Origin: Verrucomicrobiales bacterium | GTDB lineage: Bacteria; Verrucomicrobiota; Verrucomicrobiia; Limisphaerales; RI-55 | Length of the DNA: 40,294 bases | Assembly (NCBI GenBank): GCA_003484235.1 | Contig: DNDP01000461.1 | Span: forward strand, 27,684-67,977 | Direction of reading: 5' to 3' | Shown: one piece after another, positions 8,526 to 19,500 of the stretch | Numbering within the stretch: position 1 is the stretch's first letter | Layout: every line of letters starts with the position of its first letter | Made by a program: the position numbers and the translations under genes | The notes under the pieces: model-generated | Databases searched by the model: none | Told to the model about the DNA's origin: nothing | What the model saw: only the letters and a program-made list of their open reading frames with translations

Positions 8526-11500
8526 ATGTCTCCCCCGGCAGGGGCACGGCACGTCCGCTTTGTCGGAGACTTTCTGGAGGTGGAGCTGCGCCCCGCCAAT
8601 CCCGCGGCCGTGCGGGACGGCATTCGTGCACGCCTCCGGACCACCATCGGACGCGGTCAGGAACTGCGCCGGGAGATTCGCTCCGCCCATTTCCACCGGC
8701 TGCCGCCGGCGGGACGCGCCTGGCGCGACCTCGAGATGGCTTGGAATGGCAGGGCGTGGGTCATCGGGCTGCCGCTGGCCGAGGTGGGATTCTTCCGCGC
8801 CAAGGCCTACGCGATCGATGCCCAGGGCTGGCTTCACTGGCCCGGAGGCGATGATCTGGGGATCAACGTCCTGCCCAACTGGTGCCGCACCGCGAACACG
8901 ATCTACTGCGCCTTTCCGCGCATGTTTGGACCGAACCGCGACAAGGCCGTCACTCTCGACCCAGCCCAAGACGCCCGGCTCAGGCAGCTCGACGATCAGG
9001 GCTACACGGTCATCCCGCCTTCGGGCACGCTGCACGACCTGCGGAGGCAGCTGCCCCACATCTTCGACACGCTCGGCTGCCGCATTCTGCACCTCCTGCC
9101 GGTCAGCCCCACACCGACCACGCTCGCGAGATTTGGCCGCTTCGGAAGTCCCTACGCGCTGCAGGATCTGACGGCGATCGATCCCGCGTTGATCGAGTTC
9201 GACCAGCGCACCACCGGCATCCAGCAGTTCGAGGAGTTGGTTGACGCGGTCCACCTGCGCGACGGCCGGGTGATCGTTGATCTCGTCATCAATCACACTG
9301 GCTGGCACTCGACGCTGTTCGAGCGGCACCCGGAGTGGTTTGTGCGCGGAACGGACGGGAAATTTGTCAGCCCCGGTGCGTGGGGCACGACGTGGGCAGA
9401 CCTGGTCGAGATCGATCCGGCCAGCACCGAGTTGTGGGATGAACTGGCGGAGGCGTTCCTGGTCTGGTGCCGGCGCGGCGTCGATGGTTTCCGCTGCGAT
9501 GCCGGCTACAAGGTTCCCACCCTGGTGTGGCAGTACATCACTGCGCGGGTGCAGATGGAGTTTCCCGAATCCGTGTTCCTCCTCGAAGGTCTGGGCGGGG
9601 GGTGGGACGACACGGCGATCCGGCTCACGGAGGGCGGCATGCAATGGGCCTACTCCGAGCTGTTTCAGAACTGCTCACCCGCCCAGCTCTGCAGCTACCT
9701 CGATCACACCTGGCGGGCGAGCAAAGGGGTTGGACTGCTGGTCCACTACAGCGAAACCCACGACAACGACCGGCTCGCGAAAAAGGGCCGCGCGTGGTCG
9801 CTGCTCCGCAACCGGCTGTGCGCGCTGGCGAGCGTGAACGGCGGTTTCGGCTTCACGAACGGCGTCGAGTGGCTCGCGGCCGAACAGGTGAACGTGCATT
9901 CGGCCCGCGGCCTCAACTGGGGCGCGGACACCAACATCGTCGCCGAACTGGCGGAGTTGAACCGACTGCTCGTGGAGCATCCGTGTTTCTTCGACGGCGC
10001 CAAGTTGGTTCGCGTCTCGACGCCGGAAGATCTCGTCCTCGCCTTCCTGAGGTTGCGGGCCGACGGAGCAGTTTTGGTTCTGCTCAATCTGGACATGGAA
10101 TCGCCTCAGAGCATCTCGTGGGCGGCCGGTTGGAGCGACGCCTCGGCAGAAGATCGAGGGACGGTCCATTTCACCGGTCGCGACGGAGCCGAGCTGTTGG
10201 AGGAAGAATGCTCCCTGATGCGGGCGGCATGGAAACAGTTCATTTCGGGCGGCTACACTCTGCTTCTGGGAAGGGCTCCCGAAGGCGTGACCGAGACCGG
10301 GGATGGGCGAACGCGCATCACCCTGACTCCCGGTGGCTGCTCCTGCCTCGAGCTGGTCATGCCCGTCGATCTGGTTGGGAGCCAGTATCGGGACGCGCGG
10401 CAAAGGGTCATGTTCGCGCTGCAGGCCGCCCAGGCCGTCGGCAACTCCACGGCTTTCGGTGCGGCAGCCTGGTCAGCAATCGGTCGGGAGGCCAACGATC
10501 CCGAGTCCCTGCTCACCCGGCTCATGGGAGTCGAATCGCCCGCCGGCTACCGGCCGGTTGTGCGATGGACCAGTTCAGACGAACGCCGTGTAACCCTGGT
10601 GCCGCCGGAGCACTGGCTGCTGATCCGCCTCCCCGGCCGGTTCCGCTGTCACGTGCGGCTCGCCAATGAACAAGTCCTGAACCTCGAATCCACGCCCGGC
10701 CCGCAAGACTGGTTTGCCGTTGTGCCGCCCGGCCAGACGGCGGGCGACGGGACGCTGGTCATCAAGCAGTTCACCGACCGGGCCGAATCGCTGACCGGAA
10801 CCGTGCGCTTTCTGAAACCGGCCGGCGAATGGGAACCCGCTGCGGCAGGCGACCCGCTCAACCACTGGGCCGCAGCCCGCACCGTGCTGCTGACCAATGG
10901 CCGCGGCGGCATGGCCCGCATCAACCTGGATCTCGGCCGGGTTCAGTCCAAGTACGATTGCGTGCTGGCCGCCAACCTGCACGGGTCGTTGCCGGTGGAC
11001 CGGCACGTCTTCATCAAGCGGCTGCGTCTCTGGGCCAATGCCGACGGATTCATCGCCCCGCTCAATGCCACGACCCTGGTGTGGTTCGGCGTGGAACCGG
11101 CGGCGCATCCCGGCACCGCGTCCTGGCGGTTCCGGGTGCAGGCCGGCGACGGGCGAAGCGTGATGGTGCGCATGGACGCAAGCATGCCTGCAGGGGAAAA
11201 CAGGGTCGCTTTCGAGTTCACCCGCGAGGAGACCCGCGCTTTAGACGGGCTGCCGCTGCGGCTCACCGCACGACTTGATCTCGAGGACCGCAATTTTCAT
11301 TGGGAAACGAAGCGCAACGAGGGCGCCGATCATCACTTTGCTTCGAACGCCCGTCCGCTGGAGGGACGGCCGGGATTTGCCTTCACGCCGGCATCGGATC
11401 GGGCGGTCCGGGTTGTCGCATCCGCCGGGACTTTTCACGCCGGACCGGAATGGAGCCAGGATCTGCCGCACCCGGTCGAGGCCAGCCGCGGCCAGACGGG

Positions 11501-12890
11501 CTCCGGCGATGGCTGGAGTCCGGGCTGGTTCGACCTGCCATTGCTTGAGGATGGCGCTTCGGTTTGGTTGGCGGCGTCGGCCGAGTCGGCTGAAACGGGA
11601 GCGTTCCAGCCTGCGGAGCCCCGAAGCCCTGCCCCGCTCGCCGACGCGGGCAGACAGAATGCAGACGATCGGCAGGCGGCTTTCGGCGAGCAGCTGCGCC
11701 GGGCGGCGTCACAGTTCATCGTGCGTCGGGACCAGTTCAAGTCCGTCATCGCGGGATATCCCTGGTTCCTCGACTGGGGGCGCGACACGTTGATCTGCGC
11801 ACGGGGCATGATCGCGGGCGGATGGACGGAGGAGGTGAAGCAGCTGCTCATCGTGTTTGGCCGCTTCGAGGAGAAGGGTACGCTGCCCAACACCATCCAC
11901 GGTTCGGACGCTTCGAATCGCGACACGAGCGATGCGCCGCTCTGGTATGGCGTCGTCGCCGGAGAGCTGGCGGCAGCGATCGGCGACGAAATTCTTGACC
12001 TGTCGGTGGATGAACGACGCTCCGTGCGTGACGTCTTGACGAGCATCGCGAGCGGCTACCTTGCCGGCACGGCCAACGGCATCCGTGTAGATCGCGAGTC
12101 CGGTCTCGTGTGGAGCCCCAGCCATTTCACCTGGATGGACACCAACTATCCCGCCGGCACGCCGCGGGAGGGCTACCCGATCGAGATCCAGGCGCTTTGG
12201 ATCCGGCTGCTGCGGTTGCTGGCCCGTTTGGACCCAAAGTCCGAATGGGCCGCGCTCGCGCTGCGGGCCTCGCAGTCGCTGGATGCACTCTACTGGCTGG
12301 AGGACAGGGGCTGGTTTGCGGACTCGCTCATTGCGCGGGCCGGCATCCCGGCTGCCCACGCGGTGAAGGACACGGTGCTGCGAAGCAACTGCCTGTTTGC
12401 CATCAGTCTCGGACTGGTGTCCGGCGAGCGGGCCCGTCGCTGTGTGGATGCCGCCCGCGATCATCTGGTCGTACCGGGAGCGATCCGTTCGCTGGCGCCG
12501 CTGCCGGCCGAGCCACCGTTGCCGATCCATGCAAACGGTGGCGGGCTGCTCAATGATCCGGGGAATCCCTACTGGGGTCGTTACGAAGGCGACGAAGACA
12601 CCCGGCGCAAGCCCGCCTATCACAACGGAACCGCCTGGACCTGGCCGTTCCCGGTTTTCTGCGAGGCCCTGGCCATCGCGCACGGCGAATCGCCGACCGC
12701 GGTCGCGGCGGCCCGCTCCTATCTCGGCAGCATGGATCGACTGCTTGAAGAGGGCTGCCACGGGCAGCTTCCTGAGGTGGTCGACGGCGATGCCCCACAC
12801 GCGCAACGCGGCTGCGACGCCCAGGCGTGGGGAGCCACGGAGGCGCTGCGGGTGCACGAGTGGTTGAACCGCCTGGCAACGCCCGGCTGA
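8526..12890 (+). CDS. Fusion protein: GH13 alpha-amylase-family catalytic domain + glycogen-debranching N-terminal-like domain + amylo-alpha-1,6-glucosidase (GDE_C/GH133-like) domain
   Basis: All four GH13 regions are present: DLVINHTG (from 9279), GFRCDAGYK (Asp at 9498), LLEGLGG (Glu at 9585) and YSETHDND (Asp at 9762). A GDE_N-like segment follows (LLTNGRGGMARINL..SKYDCVLAANL). GDE_C motifs are present from about 11753 (GYPWFLDWGRDTLICARG, DAPLWY, FTWMD, GYPIEIQALW, YHNGTAWTWP, DAQAWGATE). The ATG at 8526 lies after the upstream terminator, while the listed ORF start at 8199 overlaps the kinase gene. Confidence 0.85.
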   Translation: MSPPAGARHVRFVGDFLEVELRPANPAAVRDGIRARLRTTIGRGQELRREIRSAHFHRLPPAGRAWRDLEMAWNGRAWVIGLPLAEVGFFRAKAYAIDAQGWLHWPGGDDLGINVLPNWCRTANTIYCAFPRMFGPNRDKAVTLDPAQDARLRQLDDQGYTVIPPSGTLHDLRRQLPHIFDTLGCRILHLLPVSPTPTTLARFGRFGSPYALQDLTAIDPALIEFDQRTTGIQQFEELVDAVHLRDGRVIVDLVINHTGWHSTLFERHPEWFVRGTDGKFVSPGAWGTTWADLVEIDPASTELWDELAEAFLVWCRRGVDGFRCDAGYKVPTLVWQYITARVQMEFPESVFLLEGLGGGWDDTAIRLTEGGMQWAYSELFQNCSPAQLCSYLDHTWRASKGVGLLVHYSETHDNDRLAKKGRAWSLLRNRLCALASVNGGFGFTNGVEWLAAEQVNVHSARGLNWGADTNIVAELAELNRLLVEHPCFFDGAKLVRVSTPEDLVLAFLRLRADGAVLVLLNLDMESPQSISWAAGWSDASAEDRGTVHFTGRDGAELLEEECSLMRAAWKQFISGGYTLLLGRAPEGVTETGDGRTRITLTPGGCSCLELVMPVDLVGSQYRDARQRVMFALQAAQAVGNSTAFGAAAWSAIGREANDPESLLTRLMGVESPAGYRPVVRWTSSDERRVTLVPPEHWLLIRLPGRFRCHVRLANEQVLNLESTPGPQDWFAVVPPGQTAGDGTLVIKQFTDRAESLTGTVRFLKPAGEWEPAAAGDPLNHWAAARTVLLTNGRGGMARINLDLGRVQSKYDCVLAANLHGSLPVDRHVFIKRLRLWANADGFIAPLNATTLVWFGVEPAAHPGTASWRFRVQAGDGRSVMVRMDASMPAGENRVAFEFTREETRALDGLPLRLTARLDLEDRNFHWETKRNEGADHHFASNARPLEGRPGFAFTPASDRAVRVVASAGTFHAGPEWSQDLPHPVEASRGQTGSGDGWSPGWFDLPLLEDGASVWLAASAESAETGAFQPAEPRSPAPLADAGRQNADDRQAAFGEQLRRAASQFIVRRDQFKSVIAGYPWFLDWGRDTLICARGMIAGGWTEEVKQLLIVFGRFEEKGTLPNTIHGSDASNRDTSDAPLWYGVVAGELAAAIGDEILDLSVDERRSVRDVLTSIASGYLAGTANGIRVDRESGLVWSPSHFTWMDTNYPAGTPREGYPIEIQALWIRLLRLLARLDPKSEWAALALRASQSLDALYWLEDRGWFADSLIARAGIPAAHAVKDTVLRSNCLFAISLGLVSGERARRCVDAARDHLVVPGAIRSLAPLPAEPPLPIHANGGGLLNDPGNPYWGRYEGDEDTRRKPAYHNGTAWTWPFPVFCEALAIAHGESPTAVAAARSYLGSMDRLLEEGCHGQLPEVVDGDAPHAQRGCDAQAWGATEALRVHEWLNRLATPG

Positions 12891-12915
12891 AGTCCTCGGG
12901 ACGGTTGACGAAATC

Positions 12916-13563
12916 TCAGATCAGCTTCTGCTCCACGGCATAGCGGGTGAGCTCGGCATTGGTCTTGAACCCCATCTTGCGCAGTATCCTGCTCCGATGC
13001 GTGCTGACGGTCTGGATGGTGATCGAGAGATCGAGGGCGATTTCCTTCAGGGGCTTGCCGACGGCCAGCTGCAGCATGATCTCGTGTTCCCTGGGAGAGA
13101 GCAGTTCGTGCGGAAGAGGGGCCTCACTCCGGGTCATGCGTCGGGCAAGCAACTGTCCCAGGGCGTCACTTACGTACTGCTCGCCTCCGAGGATCTGCTC
13201 CACCGCCTTCACCAGCTCGTTTGGCGCCAGCATCTTGGTCAGGTAGCCGGCTGCGCCCGCCTTCAACACGCGCACGGCATACTGCTCCTCCGGGTGCATG
13301 CTCAGGACAAGCACCGGCAGCGAGGGGTGCGCCTGATTGATGTCCCGCAAGAGATCCACCCCGGTGCGTCCGGGCATGGAGATGTCCAGCACCACCAGGT
13401 CAGGCGAATTGGTGTCGATCACCCGCATGGCCGTCGGCGCGTCACCGGCCTCGACGACCCTTGCCTGCGGCAGGCTCTCCATCAGGATGTCCCGCACGCC
13501 CCGGCGAAAGATCGCGTGGTCATCCACCACCACGATGCAGAGGGTCTTCTTGCGCTGGCTCAT
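12916..13563 (-). CDS. NarL/FixJ (LuxR-type HTH) response regulator
   Basis: The receiver domain reads IVVVDDHAIFRRG..LVVLDISMPGRTG..LSMH. The C-terminal LuxR HTH reads LSPREHEIMLQLAVGKPLKEIALDLSITIQTVSTHRSRILRKMG. Its ATG (13561-13563) overlaps the kinase stop as ATGA. Confidence 0.95.
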   Translation of the reverse strand: MSQRKKTLCIVVVDDHAIFRRGVRDILMESLPQARVVEAGDAPTAMRVIDTNSPDLVVLDISMPGRTGVDLLRDINQAHPSLPVLVLSMHPEEQYAVRVLKAGAAGYLTKMLAPNELVKAVEQILGGEQYVSDALGQLLARRMTRSEAPLPHELLSPREHEIMLQLAVGKPLKEIALDLSITIQTVSTHRSRILRKMGFKTNAELTRYAVEQKLI

Positions 13564-16500
13564 GACTTGAGAGGCAGCTGAACTGCGACGGTGGTGCCCT
13601 TGCCGGCCCCGCTGTCGAAGCGAACCTCGCCGCCGACCGCGGCCGCCCGCTCCCGCATCCCCAGCAGCCCCAGAGAACTGGCATGGTTCCGGACACTGGC
13701 CGGCATGCCCACGCCATCGTCGGATACCTCCAGTCGCACCGAGCCTTCGGAACGGACCAAACGGACGGTCACCCGGGTTGCCCTGGCATGGCGAACGACA
13801 TTGGTCAGGGACTCCTGAAAGATTCGATACAGCACGGTTGACTGATCGCTGGAGAGCCCGTCAACGGATTTCGGCGCCTTGACCTCGCACGGGATGCCCG
13901 TCTGCTCGGCGAACTCATCCGCCTGCCATTCCAGAGCCGCGACAAGGCCGAGGTCATCGAGGATGCCGGGGCGCAGGTCCGAACACAGCCGCTGCACGGA
14001 CATGACGGTCTCGTCCACCAGCGTGGACATGCGTCCCAGCCGGTGCTGCATGAGCTGGTCGAAATCGGCCGCGGTCCGGTGCTTCTCGAGCAGCCGTTGC
14101 GCCCAGGCGATGTCCAGATTCAGTCCGGTCAGGGACTGGCCGATCTGATCATGCACCTCGCGCGCGATCAGCGTGCGTTCCGCTTCCCGCGCCTGTTGCA
14201 GGCTGCCGGCCAGCGCCCGCATGGCCTGCTCCGATTCCGCCAGCGCCAGTTCGGCCTGTTTCAACCGGGTCACATCGGTGTGCGTGCCGAGCATGCGGAC
14301 CGGGTTCCCCGCGGCGTCGCGTTCCACGATCTGTCCAATCGAAAGAATCCACACCCAGCTGCCACTGCGCGACCGCTGGCGGAACTCCACCTGGTACCGT
14401 TTGATCCGCCCCTGCAGGTAGTCCTGAAAGCGCGCCGACACCTGGTCGCGGTCGTCGGGATGAAGTCGTTCGATCCATTTTTCGTTGGTCTCCAAGAACA
14501 GGGCGGGATCGTAACCGAGCATCTGCGCGTATTCCGGGGAAACCGTCACCCTGCCGGTGCGGACATCCAGATCGTAGAGTCCCTGCCGGGCCGCCTGAAT
14601 GGCCAGCCGCAGGCGTTCCTCGCTTTCGCGAATCGCACCGGCTGCCCGATGACGCTCGATCGCCGCCGAGAACAGGCCGGCAGTCGTGCGCAGCGCATTG
14701 ATCTCGGCTTCGGACCACGCGCGTTCGGCGGCGCAGTCGTCGAAGCCGACGAAGCCCCACCAGCTGCTCCCGACATGAATGGGAAATGCGGCAAAGGAAA
14801 AAACCTGCCGGTCCCCCAGCAGTGCTCGTTTGCCCGGGGGCAGTTCACTGATGCGGGCGATCACCGGGTTCCCCAGCTTCAGCTCCCCAAACCATTCGGC
14901 AAACGCGGACCCGGGCACGCCGCCCGACGTGGCGACCGCTTCCCCGAACGCAGCCCCCACCTTGGGGCCGCTCCATTCGCCCTGCAACCTGAGTTCCTCA
15001 TTGTCGACGACGGCGGACACCAATTCCAGCAGGTAGACCCGGCTCACGCCGGTGGCCCGGCCCAATGCCTCAATGGTACTCTGGACCCCGTCACGCCAGT
15101 GGGCTGCGCGCAACAGCTCTCCGGCGGCGTCCGCCAGCGCTCCCAGAACGGCGTTGCGCAGGCGGAGATCGAGTTCCCGCTGCCGGCGCTCGGTCACGTC
15201 CTGCCAGGTGCCGAGGACACCGAACACCTGTCCCGTTTCATCCCGCAACGGCAGTTTGCTCGTCTCCAGCCAGATTTCGGAGCCGTCCGCGAGGGTGGCC
15301 GACTCGACAACACCACGTCGTTCCCGGCCGCTGGCGATCACCTCCCGGTCCACCCGCACGAACTGCTCCCGCTCTTCGGGGGTCAGGCTGCCAATCTCTG
15401 AATCCGTCCGACCGATCAGTTCCTCCGGCTCTTCAAATCCAAATGTCCGCGCGGCCAGCCGGTTGACGCCGAGATAGCGGCTTTCGCGGTCCTTCCAGAA
15501 CACTCCCTGGGGGATGTTGTCGATCACGGTGCGCAACATCCGCCGAGATTCCCTCAAGGCGATTTCGGATGCCTTGCGCGCGGAGATCTCCAGGGCGGCC
15601 CCACGCATCTGCACCGGCGTTCCTGCTTCGTCGTACACGCCGGTACCCAGCGCCTCGATCCAGTGGTCCGAGCCGTCGGGCCACCGGATCCGATATTCCG
15701 CATGAAACTCCCGGTGTTCAGCCAGAGCGCCACGAAACGCCCGCTCCACCCCGGACCGGTCCTCCGGGTGAATGGTCGAGACGAACCAATCGAGCGTCAG
15801 ATCGCCGGCATCAATGGGAAGTCCGAAGGTTCGCTTGAGCTGTTCATTCCATTCCAGTTCGTTGGTGGCGACGATCCAGGTCCAGAGCCCGACGCCCCCA
15901 CCCTCCACCGCCCGGCGCAGGCGTTCCTCGCTCTCTTGCAGCGCTTCCTGCACCCGGATGCGGTTCAACGCTCCGCCACAATGGTCGGCAAACGATTGAA
16001 GCACTTCGAGCTCGCGTTGGCCGTAGGCCTTGGGTCGGTAGCTTTGGATGGAGAGCACCCCGACCGTCCTCTGCTGATCCCGGATCGGAACGAACATGAG
16101 CGAAGCCGAGCGCCGCGATGTGTCGCCAAACGGCACGAGGTCGGAGTCTTCGGCAACCGGACCCTGACGCAGCAGCAGCTGCGCGCCCATCTCGATGGTG
16201 CGCCGGGCGATGGGAGCCGGCGGAGCATCATTGTAGCCAGGCGGGCACTCCCGGCGCTGGCCGTCCATGGTGTCCATGGCCAGAACCGAGGACACCCTGT
16301 CCGACTCCGGCGAATAGAGTGAAAGCGAGCAGCTGTCCCAGCCGAGCAACTGGTCCGCGTTGTCCAGGATGCTGCGCGCGGCGTCACGCGCGGACTTGGC
16401 GGCATTGAGCTCGCGGCCGAGGCGGGCAAAGGTCGTGAGAAGCTGCTCCACGCGTTTCCGTTCGCCGATGTCCACCAGCAGCGTCAGCAGGCAGTCCTCG

Positions 16501-19500
16501 CCGTTCACGGTCACCCGCTCGACCGAGCGGAGCGTGTGAACCACCCGGCCGTCGCCGCGGACGATGGGAGATTCGGCACTGGAGGTTGCGCCCCGCTGCC
16601 AGACGGTCGCGAGTATCTCCCGCCGCTGGACCTCGGAGGAGTAAAGTCCCACCGACAGCCCCGTCCGGCCCACGATCTCGCTCCGGGGCCGGCCCACGAT
16701 GGCAAGGAAGGCATCGTTGACGTCCAGGCAGGTGTCGGCCTCGAAGGTCGTCAGTGAGATGCCGGCGGGGTTGGCCCGGAAAGCGGCGGCGAACCGCTCC
16801 TCGCTTTCGCGCAGCGCACGTTCGGCGCGGCGGCGGTCGGTGATGTCGATCAGGATCGTGTAAACCAACTGCCGATCGTCGAGCTCAAGCAGGTGGGTGG
16901 TGGCGGCGAAGTCACGGAGCTGGCCATCCCTGGTCCGCATCCGGGTTTCAAACGAACCTGAACTTCCGGGTGCCAGCTGACGAAGTTCCCGCATCATGCC
17001 GGCGACGGATTCGTCCGCGCCCAGTTCCTCCAGGCGGAGGGCCAGCAGTTCACTGACCGGGTAGCCCAGCAGCCGGGCGGTCATTTCGTTGCACTCCACG
17101 ATCCCGTGGGTTTCGCGATCGATCAGCGCCACCCCAGCCGGGGAGCGGTCGAAAAGGGTGCGGAAGCGCAGCTCGCTTTCGCGCAGCCGGTCCTGAGTCT
17201 GTCTCGCTTCCGTCACGTCGGTGAAGGTCCCCATCATGCCGACGGGCTTGCCGTCATGATCACGGATCAGGGCGGTGGCCATCTGCACGATCAACGGTGA
17301 TCCATCCAGACGCCGCGCAACCTCCTCGCCTTCCCAGGAACCCTGCCGCTGGATCACGGCCAGGATTTCCGTGACCCTGCCGGGATCGCTGCCGAGTTCC
17401 ATGACGGGTTTGCCCAGCAGATCCTCCAGATTCGGGATGCGCCACATCCTGAGAAAAGCCGGATTCGCATCGGTCACGCGCCCCAGAAGGTCGGTGAAAC
17501 AGATGCCGACGACGGCGGACCGGATGGCCAGATCCTTCACGCGGAGCTGTTCCCCGGCCTGGCGCCGTTCGCTGATGTCCCGGGCGATGGTGGAAACATA
17601 TTCCAGGCGCCCCTGATCGTCCCGATGTACGAGCAACACCTGGGAGGTGGGCACTTCCCGACCGTCCCGGGCGACCAGCTCCGTCTCGTGATGCCAGTGG
17701 CCGTCGCGGATCGCCGCTGGTATGCCCACCGTTTCTATGTAGTTCCCGGTCTCTTCAGAAACGTAATCGCGTAGCCGCAACGCCGTGAGGTCCTCCTTCT
17801 CGCCGATTCCCATCATCTCCCGCCCCGCCCGGTTGACATAGGCCAGCCGCCCCTGATGGTCCGCGATGCCGACAAAGTCCGGAGTCGCCTCCAGGATGGC
17901 AAGCAGCTGCCGCTCCCGGTCTTTGGCCCTTTTCTTCTCGGTGACCACTTCCGAGAAGAGGACGATGCCACCAATCACACCGGCCGATTCCTCCCAGGGA
18001 CGGATCTCCCAACGCACCCAGTCGATCCGTCCGTCCAGACGCTGAAAGGCATCCTCCTCGCACATTTCCACCGCGCCACCGAGACAGCGTTGATGGATCG
18101 CCTTCCAGCGCTCGGAGATTTCCGGAAAAACCTCGTAGTGCAGCCGTCCCACCAGATTTTGTATCGGGAGCCCGTAGTCGGAGCAGAACCGGTTGCTGGC
18201 CCCCAGATAGCGCATGTCGCGGTCGAACATGGCGATCGCCGCGGGCGAATGCTCGACGAACAGGCGCAACAATCGTTCGCGCCTTTGCAGCGTTTCCTCG
18301 GCCTTCTTGCGGGCCGTGATGTCCTGGGCCGCGCCATATATCATCTCCACCCGGGAGCAGTCGGCGCTCCAGTGGGGTTGGGCGTAGGCGATCACCCATC
18401 GCGCCCGTCCCCCCCGCGTGATGAGCCGAGCCTCGATGGCGGTGGACTCCCCCGCCAGATTTCGCCGGCAGGTCTCGGCCATCAGCGCCCGGTCTTCCGT
18501 GTGGATGATTTCGAACGGATCGGTAAGGGAGCGATACTCGTCCATGGAATATCCGGTGATCCGGGAAAAGGATTCGCTGATCCACTCCAAAGCCAGTTCA
18601 CCGGACGGCGCTACTCTCAGTACGTAGACAAAGTCCGAGGTCATCTGCGCGGTGATGCGATGCCGTTCCTCGGAAATGCGCAGTGCCTCGACGGCGCGTT
18701 TGCGTTCGAACACGTCGATGCCCATGCCCATCAGACACGGGCGCCCCTCCAGTTCGATCCGCCTCCCGGTCAGGAAGAAGGGCCTTCCCTCCCCCGCGCG
18801 GTTCAACATCTCGGCCTCGGTCTCCGCCTGGCCACCCGCGAAGGCCTGGTCGATGAACTTTTCAATCCGATGCCGGTCGGCCTCGCGGAAGAATTCTCGC
18901 GGATGAATCTGGCGGAGTTCTTCTCCGGTGCGCCCGGTCACGGTGCACAGGTTTTCGTTCCAACGAAGAAACTCGCCGGCGCGGTCGAACAGGTAGAAGA
19001 CGCCCGGCAGGCTGTTGATCATCTGATTGGAGAGGTCCCGCTCATGGAGCAGACGCTCCTCCGCGAGCTTGCGCTCCGTGATGTCGATCATGAAGACGAG
19101 CACGGCGGAACGCCCCCTCCAGTCAATGCGTGTCGAGCCGGACTGGATCCACCGGCGCGTTCCGTCGCTCCGGATGCCCACCCAGCCCGGATGCACCGGC
19201 ACATTCTCGCCCCGCAGCATCCTCTCCTCCCGGTCGCGCAGCTCTTCGTGAAACTCGGGCGCCACGAAGCGCCTCCACGGATCCCCTTCCTTTACGGCAC
19301 CGGGATTCTCGAGTCCCGCCATCCGGGCGGCCGCCTCGTTGGCGTACTCGATCCCCTCCCCGGTGCGCACCACGATGCCCAGCAACGACGAGTCGCTCAG
19401 GGCCCGGTAACGGGCCTCGCTTTCGTGGAGTTCGCGGGTGCGTTCGTCCACCCGCAGCTCGAGCAGCCGGTTGCCGTCACGGACCCGCAGATGCCGCTCC

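Noticed and set aside
7851-9644. 597-aa minus-strand ORF spanning the end of the hybrid kinase, the terminator and the start of the GH13-GDE gene
   Set aside because: It crosses an intergenic terminator, has no recognisable motifs and is antisense to two well-supported genes.
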